This document shows positions 1 through 10,390 of a DNA stretch of 64,000 nt, piece by piece. The stretch is from the NCBI GenBank assembly GCA_963733375.1, contig CAVTDB010000009.1, positions 96,001 to 160,000 of the forward strand. Reading direction: 5' to 3'. Positions within the stretch are counted from its first letter, which is position 1, and each line of letters starts with the position of its first letter. Made by a program: the position numbers and the translations under genes. The notes under the pieces were generated by a model, which worked only from the letters and a program-made list of their open reading frames with translations, did not search any database and had not been told where the DNA came from. The DNA is from Nitrospirota bacterium (lineage in GTDB: Bacteria; Nitrospirota; JACRHJ01).

Positions 1-351
1 CTCACTGGCGAGGAGTACGACGTCATCAAGGACCACCCCCTTATCGGGGAAAAGATACTGGACCCCATAACATTCCTGAAAGACGTGAAGGTGATAGTAG
101 GCCAGCACCACGAGCGTTATGACGGAAAGGGTTATCCGCACCAGAGGATGGGAAGCGAGCTCTCGACGGAGGCAAAGATCCTTGCGGTGGCTGACACTTT
201 CGACGCCCTGACCTCCGACAGGCCTTATAGAAAGGCCCTTCCATTCGAGGACGCGGTAGCCGAGATCAAGCGCTGTGCGTCCAGCCAGTTCGACCCGGAT
301 GTGGTAGACGTATTTTTAAAGACCCTCGGCGTGTCCGCCCTATCCAGTTAG
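1..351 (+). CDS. HD-GYP domain phosphodiesterase, C-terminal part (truncated by window edge)
   Basis: HHERYDGKGYP, ILAVADTFDALTSDRPYRKA and QFDP motifs; frame is open from position 1. Confidence 0.9.
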   Translation, partial: LTGEEYDVIKDHPLIGEKILDPITFLKDVKVIVGQHHERYDGKGYPHQRMGSELSTEAKILAVADTFDALTSDRPYRKALPFEDAVAEIKRCASSQFDPDVVDVFLKTLGVSALSS

Positions 352-502
352 GATTGCGCCGCCCTCCGGCGAAGTGGGAGAAGCCGGTCACGCTCCGTCG
401 CCCCTTTTCCTCACTTTTACCTGAAAAAAATATTGAATTCCGCGCCCGATTATGCGTTAATTGTCCGCAAATGATTTACCTGTCCAGAGGAACGAAGACA
501 GA

Positions 503-961
503 ATGGATAACCGACACATAATCGAATCGTTCAGCAAATACTGCCGCGAGTGCAAAGGCAGGTGCTGCAGCGGCATAATGGTAGGGCTCTTCGACTGGGA
601 ACTGCCGCGCGCGGAAGGACATAAGCTTCCCTGCCCCCCAAAGAACGGCGTCCTGAATATTTCCTTCGAGGACGACTGCCTCTTCCTGAAAGACCACAGG
701 TGCAGCCTGCCCAGCGACCAGAGGTTCCTGGACTGCCTGAGCTATCCGGTATACCCGAAAATCGAGGACGGAAAAGTCGAGGGCTTAATCGTCCACAAGG
801 GCTGCCCCTATCATAAAGAGATCGCCGGGAACAAAGAGCTTACGGTGATGATAAGGGAGATATGGGAAGAGCACCTGGAGGATTTAAGGCCGGAACAGGT
901 CCGCGAATTTTTCTCCGGGGAGTTCTGGGATAATGATAAAATAGAATACCTGGAAGCATAA
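503..961 (+). CDS. Cys-rich YkgJ-like (CxxCxxxCC) putative Zn/Fe-S protein
   Basis: CRECKGRCC...CLFL...C...CLSYP pattern; ATG at 503 preferred. Confidence 0.6.
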   Translation: MDNRHIIESFSKYCRECKGRCCSGIMVGLFDWELPRAEGHKLPCPPKNGVLNISFEDDCLFLKDHRCSLPSDQRFLDCLSYPVYPKIEDGKVEGLIVHKGCPYHKEIAGNKELTVMIREIWEEHLEDLRPEQVREFFSGEFWDNDKIEYLEA

Positions 962-989
962 AAAAAGGCGAACTACAGTTAGTCCGCCA
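961..989 (-). terminator. Intrinsic terminator of the rnf operon
   Basis: Minus strand GGCGGACTAACTGTAGTTCGCC followed by a T run. Confidence 0.6.
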
Positions 990-1014
990 TACCTCGCTTC
1001 TGCTTCGGTATTCC

Positions 1015-1937
1015 TTAAGTTTACGGCTTCCGTTTCTTGCCTTTCCGCGCTTGCCGCCTCCGGAGCTTCCTTCTTCGGGAGCTTTATCCGCTCCGCCTGC
1101 TCCTTAGACGGGTCCAGCATGTCCTTTATCGTCCTCTGCGGGCACAGAAGCACACACGTCTCGCAGTGCGTGCATTTCGCATAATCCATCATCGCCAGGT
1201 TATTGTCCATCGAATATCGCGCCCTCCGGACAGCCCTTCGCGCAAAGCCCGCATCCGATGCAGCCTATCTCGCACGCCTTCTTTACCACAGGCCCCTTGT
1301 CGTGCGAGCTGCACAATATATGCACCTTTTTGTCCGCCGGGGTAAGGTGGATTATGCTCTTCGGGCAGGCCGCGACGCATACGCCGCATGCCGTGCATTT
1401 CTCGCGGTCGATTATGGGCAGGTTCTCCGGCCCCATCTTTATGGCTTCGAAGGGGCAGGCCTTCGCGCAGGTGCCGTAGCCCAGACAGCCGTACTGGCAG
1501 GTCTTATCCCCGCCAGCTACCAATATGGCGGCGCGGCAGTCCTTCACGCCTTCATACTTAAAGCGCCTGCTCGCCTTGCACTCGTCGCCCCGGCAGAATA
1601 CCGTGGCCACCGTCGGCACGGCCTCCGGCGCGACCTTGCCCGTAATCTTCGCCACCAGCGCGGCCACGTCCGCCTTGCCCGGCGCGCACAGTCCCGGGGA
1701 GAGGTTCGGGTCCTTGACTACCGCCTCCGCATAACCCTGGCAACCGGCGAACCCGCATGCGCCGCAGTTCGCCCCGGGCAGGACCTCGCGCACGGCTTCC
1801 ACTTTCGGGTCCGTCTTCACCGCGAATTTCTTCGCCGCAAACGCCAGCCCCAGGCCGAATACCGCGCCGACCCCGCCCATGAAGGCCACGCTCTTTAATA
1901 CGGCATTGATCAGATTAGGTTGAAAGACTTCCTGCAT
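1015..1937 (-). CDS. rnfB: Rnf complex subunit B (frameshift near 1205; exact stop uncertain)
   Basis: N-terminal TM, LPGANCGACGFAGC and several CxxCxxCxxxCP ferredoxin motifs; continues in ORF 884..1210. Confidence 0.9.
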
Positions 1938-1985
1938 AGCGATTAATTATATCATTTCCTAATAATAATTGCTACCAAATCCAGC

Positions 1986-2570
1986 CTATACGGTTATCAG
2001 GCCCGAAAACCCAAGGAACGCCAGCGCGATAAGCCCGGTTACGATAAAAGCGATGGGCATGCCCTGAAAGGGCTTCGGGATGTTGGCCAGGTCCAGGCGC
2101 TCCCTTATGCTCGCCATGATTATAAGCGCCAGCGAGAACCCCGCGCCGGAGCCAAGCCCCAGCGTAAGGCTTTGCAAAAAGTTGTATTTTTCGTCCGAGT
2201 TAATAACCGGCACGGCCAGGATTATGCAGTTCGTAGTGATAAGGACGAGGTATATCCCCAGCTTGTAGTACAGCGTGGGGTTCATTTTTTTGAGCAAAGT
2301 ATCCGCGAACTGGACGAACCCGGCGACGATGCCGATAAAAAGCACGATCTTCAGGAACTCGATATGCAGTGGCAGCATGATGAGGTTGTACACCAGCCAT
2401 GAAAGCGCGGCGGAAATCACCATCACGGCGGTGAACGTCATGCTCATCCCCACCGCGGTATCCATCTTCTTCGACACGCCGAAGAAGATGCACAGCCCGA
2501 GATAGCGGGTGAATACGAAGTTATTTACGATAGCGGAAGCTATAAAAATAGTGCTTATATCTTTAAACAT
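1986..2570 (-). CDS. rnfA: Rnf complex subunit A
   Basis: VNNFVFTRYLGLC, LGIYLVLITTNC, IRERL motifs; SD GGAGG upstream of ATG at 2570. Confidence 0.93.
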   Translation of the reverse strand: MFKDISTIFIASAIVNNFVFTRYLGLCIFFGVSKKMDTAVGMSMTFTAVMVISAALSWLVYNLIMLPLHIEFLKIVLFIGIVAGFVQFADTLLKKMNPTLYYKLGIYLVLITTNCIILAVPVINSDEKYNFLQSLTLGLGSGAGFSLALIIMASIRERLDLANIPKPFQGMPIAFIVTGLIALAFLGFSGLITV

Positions 2571-2579
2571 TAAACCTCC

Positions 2580-2671
2580 GTTCTTTTCTTTCGGGTGAAA
2601 GAAAAGAACCAAAAGAAAGCCGGTAACAGTTTAAAAGTTTTTGGCGTTACCTTTTTCCCAAAAAGGTAACG
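2580..2671 (+). repeat. Double-hairpin intergenic repeat, copy 1
   Basis: TTCTTTTCTTTC-N4-GAAAGAAAAGAA ... GTTACCTTTTT-N3-AAAAAGGTAAC; matches copies at 4925 and 36713. Confidence 0.85.
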
Positions 2672-2680
2672 GTCTTGCCT

Positions 2681-3311
2681 TTAATGGTGGCCTCCGCCCA
2701 TGCCGCCGGGCTTGCCGCCGTAATATTTCTGGTCAATCCAGTTAAATAGCCCCATGAGAAGGCCGATAACGAAGAAGCCGCCCGTGGGGAGCACCATGAT
2801 GAGCAGCGGGTTCGAGCCGGTCAGATGAAAACCCGCCAGGCTCCCCTTGCCGATCAGCTCCCGGACCGCGCCTACCAGCACCAGCGCGCCCGAGGAACCC
2901 CAGCCCCATCCCGAACCCGTCCACCGCGGACGGCAGGACTTTATTCTTGCTGGCGAAAAGCTCCGCGCGTGAGATGATAATCGCGAACACCACGATGAGC
3001 TGGATATAAAGCCCCATCTCCTTGTACGCCGCGCGCGAATATGCCGACATCACCATGTCCGTGATGCTGACGTAGGTCGCGATTATCAGGATGTACGCCG
3101 GGATGCGCACCTTCGGGTTTATTAAATTCCTGAGGATGCTGACGGTGATGTTCACCATCGTCATGACGAACAGCACGGCGGCTCCCATAAGGAAGCCGTT
3201 TTTTACGGACGTAGTGACGGCCACCGCCGGGCATAGCGAGAGCGCCAGCCGGAAAACGGGGTTTTCGGCGAATATGCCGTTCAAAATTAATTTTTTATAC
3301 GAGGTTGCCAT
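2681..3311 (-). CDS. rnfE: Rnf complex subunit E (frameshift near 2885)
   Basis: ENPVFRLALSLCPAVAVT, VRIPAYILIIA, VRELIG...LPTGGF motifs across ORFs 2742..3311 and 2681..2881. Confidence 0.92.
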
Positions 3312-3880
3312 TATAGTGCCGCGTCCTTCGCCCTCTCCGCCCGGAGCGCATCCACCGCCTCTTTCGCGCCGCGAGTAACGCCCCTTGAAGAAATCGTCGC
3401 GCCGGAGATAGCCTGGATGTCCGTATCCGTCTCGCCCTTTATGACAATTAAATTTTCTTCCGCCTTCCCTCTGAACTGACGCTTGAACCAGTCCTTGTCT
3501 ATCTGGTCTCCAAGGCCCGGCGTCTCCTTGTGGTCCAATATCTCTATAGCTATCAGCCTGTAGTCCGGGTTCACGGCCACCAGCATGGAGATAAAGCTGG
3601 AGTAGCCTTTGGTATAAGCCAGGACGACGTACCCGATAGTCTTGCCCTTGGCCGTCGCCTTATAGATCTTCCCCTCCTTGCCGGAGGTGACTATGTCCTT
3701 TACCTCTTTTATAGAATCCGCCTGGGGTATCAGCGACTTCAGCGCCGCCTCCCGTTCCTGGGCCTCTTTTTGCACCTTCACCGGGTCCGTAAGGGCCCAT
3801 GTCGCGGAGAGTATTACGCCCGCAAGCGCGCAGATGATGACAAGGTTCATCGTTATCTTCATGATTTCCTTGTTGCTCAT
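3311..3880 (-). CDS. rnfG: Rnf complex subunit G (in frame with rnfD in this sequence)
   Basis: N-terminal TM, ETPGLG and ISGATISSRGV FMN-attachment motif. Confidence 0.92.
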   Translation of the reverse strand: MSNKEIMKITMNLVIICALAGVILSATWALTDPVKVQKEAQEREAALKSLIPQADSIKEVKDIVTSGKEGKIYKATAKGKTIGYVVLAYTKGYSSFISMLVAVNPDYRLIAIEILDHKETPGLGDQIDKDWFKRQFRGKAEENLIVIKGETDTDIQAISGATISSRGVTRGAKEAVDALRAERAKDAAL

Positions 3881-4891
3881 GCCCTTGCCTTTAACGGTGA
3901 TTTCTCCGAATTTTTTAACTCGAAACGCGCGGTCCAGAAGCGGTGTAAAGCAGTTCATAAGAAGTATCGCGTAGCAGACGCCCTCGGGGTATCCGCCTTT
4001 CAGCCTTATCAGCACGGTAATCGCGCCGCATCCGACACCGAAAGCTATCTGCGCCCTCTTCAACTGCGGGACGGTCACGTAATCCGTCGCCATGAAAAAA
4101 GCCCCCAGGACAAGCCCGCCGGATAGCAGGGCCAGCACCGGGTCGCCGCCGAAAATTTCTGTCAGGACGGCGACGGTCGCCAGGAACGTGACGGGGATGT
4201 GCCAGGTGATATAGCCTTTGTAGAGCAGATAGGCCGCGCCGAAAAGAAGGGCTATAATGGCTACCTCGCCCATCGCGCCGCCCCTTTGTCCGAGCAGGAG
4301 CTGGACGTACATGTCGTGCTGGCTTGCGAAGTGGGAGAGCAGTTTCTGGTAGCCTTCCTCCTTCAGTATCCCAAGCGGCGTCGCACCCGTAATCACGTCC
4401 GCATTTGCGGGGTTAAGCGAGCCGTGGGGGACGAGCCAGGTAGTCATGAACTTGGGGAACGAGGCCATGAGGAACGCGCGGCCGATTAATGCGGGATTGA
4501 AGATATTGTAGCCGAGGCCGCCGAAGAGCTGTTTGGTGATTATTATGGCTACCGCGGAGCCTATTACCGGGAGGTAGAGCGGCACGCCGGCGGGCAGGTT
4601 CATCCCAAGGAGAAGGCCAGTGAGGAAGGCGCTGCCGTCGCCAACCGTTACCTTCGCCCCCATGAGCTTCTGCACAGCCGCTTCGAAGGCCATCGCCGAG
4701 ACAATCGAGAGGACTAATACCAGGAGGGCGCCCATGCCGAAGTAATAAACGGAAAGAGCCGCCGCGGGCATAAGAGCCGCCGACACCGTCCACATTATAT
4801 GCGGCACGCTCTCGCCCGATTTTATGTGCGGGCCTATCGAGGCATGAAAAAGCCTCGACTCTGCGGCTGTAGGAGTCTCTTTGGTATTCAT
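3881..4891 (-). CDS. rnfD: Rnf complex subunit D
   Basis: KQLFGGLGYNIFNPA, ITGATPL (FMN site), FFMATD and YPEGVCYAILLMN motifs. Confidence 0.94.
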
Positions 4892-4924
4892 AAGTTATAT
4901 AAGAGCGATAGTTCGTGCTAAAGT

Positions 4925-5019
4925 CGTTACCTTTTTGGTAAAAAGGTAACACCAAAAACATTGGGGGTTTTAAACCCCGCTTTCTTTTGCTTCTTTTCTT
5001 TCCCGCGAAAGAAAAGAAG
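4925..5019 (-). repeat. Double-hairpin intergenic repeat, copy 2 (inverted)
   Basis: Reverse complement aligns by eye with 2580..2671. Confidence 0.85.
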
Positions 5020-5025
5020 GGACTT

Positions 5026-6426
5026 TTAAGATGCCTTTACTTTTTTCCTTGCCAGTTCGCGTTTGGCCCATTTCGTGAACTGGACCATTGGCCTGTTCGA
5101 CGGGCAGACGAATGAGCAGGAGCCGCACTCGAAGCAGTCCAGCACGCCGTATTCTTTCGCCTCCTCGAAGCGGCCTTTTTCGATGAGCTGGCCCAGCAGG
5201 CTGGGGTTTAAGCCCATGGGGCAGACGTCGATGCACCTTCCGCAGCGTATGCAGGGGCCGAAGTCCACCACGTTCACGGCCTCGGCCTCCGTGAGGGCCA
5301 CAATGCCTGAGGTGCCCTTTATCACGGGCACGCCGAGGCTGGATTGCGCTATGCCCATCATCGGCCCGCCCATTATGACCTTTGTCGCCTTTTTGTTTAC
5401 TCCGCCGCACTGCGAGACGACGTCATCGAAAAGCGTCCCGATGCGCACCCGGAGGTTCCTGGGCTCGTTTATCCCCGGCCCGGTGACGGTAAGCACCCGT
5501 TCGATGAGCGGCCTGCCGTACCTTACCGCCTGGTAAATCGCGGCGGCCGTGGCGACGTTCTGCACTACCGCGCCCACGTCCATCGGCAGGTTCCCCGGCG
5601 GGACTTCAAGGCCGGTTATGGCCTTTATAAGCTGTTTCTCCGACCCCTGCGGGTATTTAACCTCCAGCGGAACGACCCTGACCCCCATCTTGCAGCCCTT
5701 CGGGACCTCGTACTCCAGCCCGTCGCGCTCGTAGTAAGTCTCCACTAAAAGCTCGCAGGCCACTTTCCCCGCTTCCTCGGATATTGCCTTTATGGCGGCC
5801 TTTTTATTGTCCTCGATGCCGACGAACCCTTCCGTAACCCTGAGGACGGTCATTATGACCTTCAGGCCCTCGATTATATCTTCCGCATTTTCCTCCATCA
5901 GGCGGGAGTCCGCCGTCAGGTAAGGCTCGCACTCCGCGCCGTTCAAGATGGCGTATTTTATCTTCTTTTCCTTTGGCGGGGAGAGCTTTACGTGCGTGGG
6001 GAAAGTCGCGCCGCCCATGCCGACTATGCCGGCTTCCTTTATAATGTTCTTCAGGACGTCCGGGTTTAAGGAGAGGTAATTGTCATGCCCGGCCACCTCG
6101 TCAACCCACTCGTCTTTGCCGTCCGACTCTATGACCACGGCTTGGGCGTCGTACCCCATCGGAGACGGGAAATTGCCCACGGCTATTACCTTGCCGGAAA
6201 TGGAGGCATGCGCCGGCACGGAGACGACACCCTGGGCTTCCCCTATTTTCTGGCCCTTCTTCACCAGGTCGCCCACCTTGACTATCGGCTGGGCAGGCGC
6301 GCCGATATGCATCGCCATGGGGATTACAACCCGCTCCGGGAGCCTTGCGTCTATTATCGGAAGCGACGCGGTAGCTTTTTTGCTGTCCGGAGGATGTACT
6401 CCTCCTTTAAAGCTTGTCGCGCTCAT
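5026..6426 (-). CDS. rnfC: Rnf complex subunit C
   Basis: FKGGVHP, GIVGMGGATFPTHVK, NGAECEPYLT, KYPQGSEKQLI and two 4Fe-4S motifs. Confidence 0.96.
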   Translation of the reverse strand: MSATSFKGGVHPPDSKKATASLPIIDARLPERVVIPMAMHIGAPAQPIVKVGDLVKKGQKIGEAQGVVSVPAHASISGKVIAVGNFPSPMGYDAQAVVIESDGKDEWVDEVAGHDNYLSLNPDVLKNIIKEAGIVGMGGATFPTHVKLSPPKEKKIKYAILNGAECEPYLTADSRLMEENAEDIIEGLKVIMTVLRVTEGFVGIEDNKKAAIKAISEEAGKVACELLVETYYERDGLEYEVPKGCKMGVRVVPLEVKYPQGSEKQLIKAITGLEVPPGNLPMDVGAVVQNVATAAAIYQAVRYGRPLIERVLTVTGPGINEPRNLRVRIGTLFDDVVSQCGGVNKKATKVIMGGPMMGIAQSSLGVPVIKGTSGIVALTEAEAVNVVDFGPCIRCGRCIDVCPMGLNPSLLGQLIEKGRFEEAKEYGVLDCFECGSCSFVCPSNRPMVQFTKWAKRELARKKVKAS

Positions 6427-6933
6427 GGTTTTATTCCCGTTTTATTCTGGCCCTCGCTGCCGGCCGACCGGCTTTTCTTATCCGGGCCCAGGAGTTCGGT
6501 CAGTTCGCTGACAAACTCGTCTATATCCTTGAAGTCCCTGTAGACCGACGCGAAACGCACATAGGCCACCTTGTCCAGGTCCTGGAGCCGCTTCATCATC
6601 TCTTCGCCTATCTGGCTGGTGGAGACTTCCTTCTGGGCGCCGTCAAGGAGCTTCTTCTCGATCTCGTCCACCACGGTCTCAAGCACTTCAATGGAGATGG
6701 GCCTTTTTTCGCAGGCCTTCTTCAAGCCCGCCAAGGACTTTCTGGCGGTCGTAAGGCTCCCTTCGTCCGTCCTTTTTCACCACCATCGGCATGATCTCCT
6801 CGACGCGCTCATAGCTGGTGAAGCGCTTGCCGCACTGCTCGCACTCGCGCCTGCGCCTTATGGCTTCGCCGTCGGTAGATAGCCTGGAATCGACCACCTT
6901 GTCTTCAAGATGGCCGCAGAAGGGACATTTCAT
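6423..6933 (-). CDS. nrdR: Transcriptional repressor NrdR (frameshift near 6720)
   Basis: MKCPFC...VVDSR...[10 protein letters not shown] zinc ribbon plus ATP cone ending [13 protein letters not shown]. Confidence 0.95.
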
Positions 6934-7026
6934 TAATTACCTTGTAGTGATAGTTAAAAAAACGGGAAGATTATGCAAGGTATAACTATGTTTGTCAAGG
7001 ATTTTAAATGGCTGTATTTAGCGATT

Positions 7027-7488
7027 TTATGGAGTTGCGTCCGGCGGTTTAAACTGTTCGATGACTATCCCCGCCTCGGACAACATTTCAAAGCCGAGTT
7101 TATCAGGATAACCCACGTCGTAAATGATCCTGGTTATCCCGGCGTTGATTATCATCTTGGAGCAGATGACGCACGGGAGGTTGGTGCAGTATAGGACGGA
7201 GCCCGTGATGGCGGTTCCGTGCTTGGCGGCCTGGATGATGGCGTTCTGCTCGGCGTGGAGCCCGCGGCATATCTCGTGCCGCTCGCCCGACGGGATGCCC
7301 AGCTTTTCCCGGAGGCATCCTACGTCTATGCAGTGAGACGTGCCGGACGGGGGACCGTTATAGCCGGTGGCCAGGATGTTCTTGTCCTTGGAGAGCACCG
7401 CGCCCACCTGCCTTCTGAGGCACGTGGAGCGCTTCTTCACCAGGTGCGCGATCTCCATGAAATATTCATCCCAACTCGGACGGCTCAT
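7027..7488 (-). CDS. dCMP deaminase (ComEB-like)
   Basis: [21 protein letters not shown] and PCVIC motifs. Confidence 0.92.
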   Translation of the reverse strand: MSRPSWDEYFMEIAHLVKKRSTCLRRQVGAVLSKDKNILATGYNGPPSGTSHCIDVGCLREKLGIPSGERHEICRGLHAEQNAIIQAAKHGTAITGSVLYCTNLPCVICSKMIINAGITRIIYDVGYPDKLGFEMLSEAGIVIEQFKPPDATP

Positions 7489-7498
7489 AAAATTACCA

Positions 7499-8755
7499 TT
7501 ACAGCGCGGACGCCCCGAAACCTTCATATACCGGGAACTGCAAGGCCAGCGCTTTTGCCCTCTCGCGCACCCGTTCCAGGTTAGAGGCGTCGTTTATATC
7601 GTGTATCACGGAGGCTATCATCTCCGCGATCTCGGCCATCTCCGGCTCCTTCATCCCCCTGGTGGAGACGATGGGCGTGCCTATCCTTATGCCGGAGGTT
7701 ATCGTCGGCGGCTTTAAGTCGAAGGGTATGCCGTTTTTGTTGACGGTTATCCCCGCGATGTCCAGCGCCGCCTCCGCCTCCTTGCCCGTCACCCCTTTAT
7801 TGGTGAGGTCGACAAGCATCAGGTGGTTGTCCGTCCCGCCGGAGATAAGGTCGAAGCCGCGGGCGACAAGCTCGTCCGCGAGCGTGGAGGCATTGCGCAC
7901 CACCTGGGCCTGGTAGGTCCTGAACTCCGGCTCCGCCGCCTCGCGGAAGGCCACGGCCTTGGCGGCTATAACATGCATCAGCGGCCCGCCCTGGATGCCC
8001 GGGAAGATGACGTGGTCCACTTTCTTGCCAAATTCCTCATTGCACATGATCATCCCGCCCCTGGGGCCGCGGAGTGTCTTATGGGTGGTGCTGGTGACGA
8101 AATGCGCGTACGGGACGGGGGACGGGTGAACGCCGGCGGCAATCAACCCCGCTATATGGGCGATGTCGGCCATGAGATACGCGCCGACCATGTCCGCAAT
8201 CTCCCGGAAGCGCTTGAAGTCTATAATCCTGGGATAGGCGGAGGCCCCGACGACTATCATCTTCGGCCTGTGCTCCTTCGCCAGCGACTCCACCTCGTCG
8301 TAATCTATATGGCCGTTGTCGCGCCTTACGCCGTAGCTGAAGGAATTATAGAGGTTCCCGGAGAAGCTGACTGAGGCCCCGTGGGTGAGATGCCCGCCGT
8401 GGGTGAGTTTCATGCCGAGGATGGCGTCCCCAGGCTTCAGCGCCGCGAAATACACGGCCATATTGGCCTGTGAGCCTGAATGCGGCTGGACGTTCACGTG
8501 CTCCACGCCGAAAAGCTCTTTCGCGCGCCTTATCGCCAGGTCCTCGACAACATCGGCAAACTCGCACCCGCCGTAGTATCGCCTGCCGGGATAGCCTTCA
8601 GCGTACTTGTTCGTAAGCACGGACCCCTGCGCCTCCAGGACGGCCTGAGAGGCGTAGTTCTCGGACGCGATGAGGACTATCTTCTCCCCTTCGCGCCTCT
8701 TTTCATCTTCGATTGCCTGCCAGACCTCGGGGTCCGACTCCCTGAGTGAGTGCAT
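7499..8755 (-). CDS. glyA: Serine hydroxymethyltransferase
   Basis: [22 protein letters not shown] and [12 protein letters not shown] motifs. Confidence 0.98.
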   Translation of the reverse strand: MHSLRESDPEVWQAIEDEKRREGEKIVLIASENYASQAVLEAQGSVLTNKYAEGYPGRRYYGGCEFADVVEDLAIRRAKELFGVEHVNVQPHSGSQANMAVYFAALKPGDAILGMKLTHGGHLTHGASVSFSGNLYNSFSYGVRRDNGHIDYDEVESLAKEHRPKMIVVGASAYPRIIDFKRFREIADMVGAYLMADIAHIAGLIAAGVHPSPVPYAHFVTSTTHKTLRGPRGGMIMCNEEFGKKVDHVIFPGIQGGPLMHVIAAKAVAFREAAEPEFRTYQAQVVRNASTLADELVARGFDLISGGTDNHLMLVDLTNKGVTGKEAEAALDIAGITVNKNGIPFDLKPPTITSGIRIGTPIVSTRGMKEPEMAEIAEMIASVIHDINDASNLERVRERAKALALQFPVYEGFGASAL

Positions 8756-8795
8756 TATAGAACCTCTTGAAACGATACTGTTTATGTCCACCATT

Positions 8796-9248
8796 CTATA
8801 CCGAAAGCGCAGATTTTTCTATCTCTGATATTTTGTCCAGCCTCTTCTGGTGTCTCCCGCCTTCAAAGGGCGTGGAGAGCCATATGTTGACGATATCCAG
8901 GGCGACCTCACGGCCCGTGACCCTGCCGCCGACTACCAGTATGTTGGCGTCGTTATGGAGGCGGGACATCCTCGCGGTGAAGGCGTCGTGGCAGAGCGCG
9001 GCGCGGATGCCGGGGAATTTATTGGCTACTATGGACATCCCTATCCCCGTGCCGCAGATTAATATGCCGCGGTCGACCTCTCCGGCGGATACCGCGCGCG
9101 CCACCTTCGCGCCGTAATCAGGATAGTCCACCGAGCAGGAATCACCCGTCCCCATGTCCACGACTTCCGCGCCGGAAGAATTAAGGAGCGCGTGAATTTG
9201 CTCTTTCAGCTCCAGCCCCCCGTGGTCGCAGCCTACGGCAACCTTCAA
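8796..9248 (-). CDS. rpiB: Ribose-5-phosphate isomerase B
   Basis: GCDHGG, DYPD, CGTGIG, HNDAN, FEGGRH motifs; TTG start with GGAGG SD. Confidence 0.96.
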   Translation of the reverse strand: MKVAVGCDHGGLELKEQIHALLNSSGAEVVDMGTGDSCSVDYPDYGAKVARAVSAGEVDRGILICGTGIGMSIVANKFPGIRAALCHDAFTARMSRLHNDANILVVGGRVTGREVALDIVNIWLSTPFEGGRHQKRLDKISEIEKSALSV

Positions 9249-9349
9249 AACGTACCTCCAAGCCTTAAATATCATAAAAAAAGAACAGCCAGGCCTGCAA
9301 AAAGACGGCCCTCACCAGGCCCCCCCTGCCGGCTTGTATTTAAAAGGTA

Positions 9350-9441
9350 TAGTATATTAACGTCCGGGGGAAATGCTGTCAAGAAGAAAAGCCTCAAAAG
9401 ACCCTAAAACTGTTGACAAACAAGGGACGCTGTGCGAATAT
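9350..9441. promoter_or_regulatory. Divergent sigma70-like promoters for the rpiB operon and ribF
   Basis: Minus strand TTGACA-N17-TAATAT (about 9354-9382); plus strand TTGACA at 9413. Confidence 0.5.
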
Positions 9442-9450
9442 TTGACGCTT

Positions 9451-10374
9451 ATGAAAATAATCCGGGGCCTTGGGGACATACCGAAGAGAGGACTTATTAA
9501 CCCGGTCCTTACTTTGGGCAATTTCGACGGAGTTCACCTGGGGCACCAGGCGATATTCAAACAGGTCGTGGCGTGGGCGCTGAACATCGGCGGCTCCTCC
9601 GTCGTATTTACCTTCGAACCGCACCCCCTGAAGGTCCTTGCCCCGAACCGCTCGCCCAAGCTTTTGTCCACTTTCCGTGAGAAGATGGAGCAGATAGAGG
9701 CGGCGGGGATGGACGCGGTAATCTGCGCCAGGTTCACTCCGGAGTTCGCCTCGCAGAACCCCGAAGATTTCGTGCGCGAGGTTTTAGTAGATAAAATAGG
9801 CGCCAAGGCGATATTCATCGGCCACGACTACGCCTTCGGAAAGAACAGGGAGGGCGACATACCGTTTTTGCGGGCCGCCGGGGCGCGTTACGGCTTTGAG
9901 GTCCATGTCGTAGACCCGGTCAAGGTGGAGGGGATAACCGTATCCTCCACCAAAATAAGAAAACTCATCATGGACGGCGAAGTCTGCCTTGCCTCGAAGC
10001 TCCTGGGAAGGCCATATTCCATAGAAGGGACCGTCATCCCCGGACATTCAAGAGGCAGGGAAATAGGTTTCCCCACGGCCAATATCACCACCCCCAACGA
10101 GCTGCCCCCGAAGGAAGGGGTCTATGCGGTGACCGTCGAGGTGGAGGGAAAACTCTATAAAGGCGCGGCGAATATCGGAGCCAACCCGACCTTCGGGGAC
10201 GAAACTCCCTCTTATGAAACCCATATATTCGATTTTTCAGAGGACCTGTACGGCAAGTTCCTGAAGATGAAGTTCATCAAGCGGGTCCGGGACGAGGTGA
10301 AGTTCAAGTCCGTGGAGGAACTCGTCGAGAGAATAAAAAAAGACGTGGAGATTGTCCGGTCAGTGCTTGAATAG
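9451..10374 (+). CDS. ribF: Bifunctional riboflavin kinase / FAD synthetase
   Basis: GNFDGVHLGHQ, VSSTKIR, GFPTAN and ETHIFDF motifs. Confidence 0.97.
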   Translation: MKIIRGLGDIPKRGLINPVLTLGNFDGVHLGHQAIFKQVVAWALNIGGSSVVFTFEPHPLKVLAPNRSPKLLSTFREKMEQIEAAGMDAVICARFTPEFASQNPEDFVREVLVDKIGAKAIFIGHDYAFGKNREGDIPFLRAAGARYGFEVHVVDPVKVEGITVSSTKIRKLIMDGEVCLASKLLGRPYSIEGTVIPGHSRGREIGFPTANITTPNELPPKEGVYAVTVEVEGKLYKGAANIGANPTFGDETPSYETHIFDFSEDLYGKFLKMKFIKRVRDEVKFKSVEELVERIKKDVEIVRSVLE

Positions 10375-10390
10375 CGGGAAGGGAGCTTAG

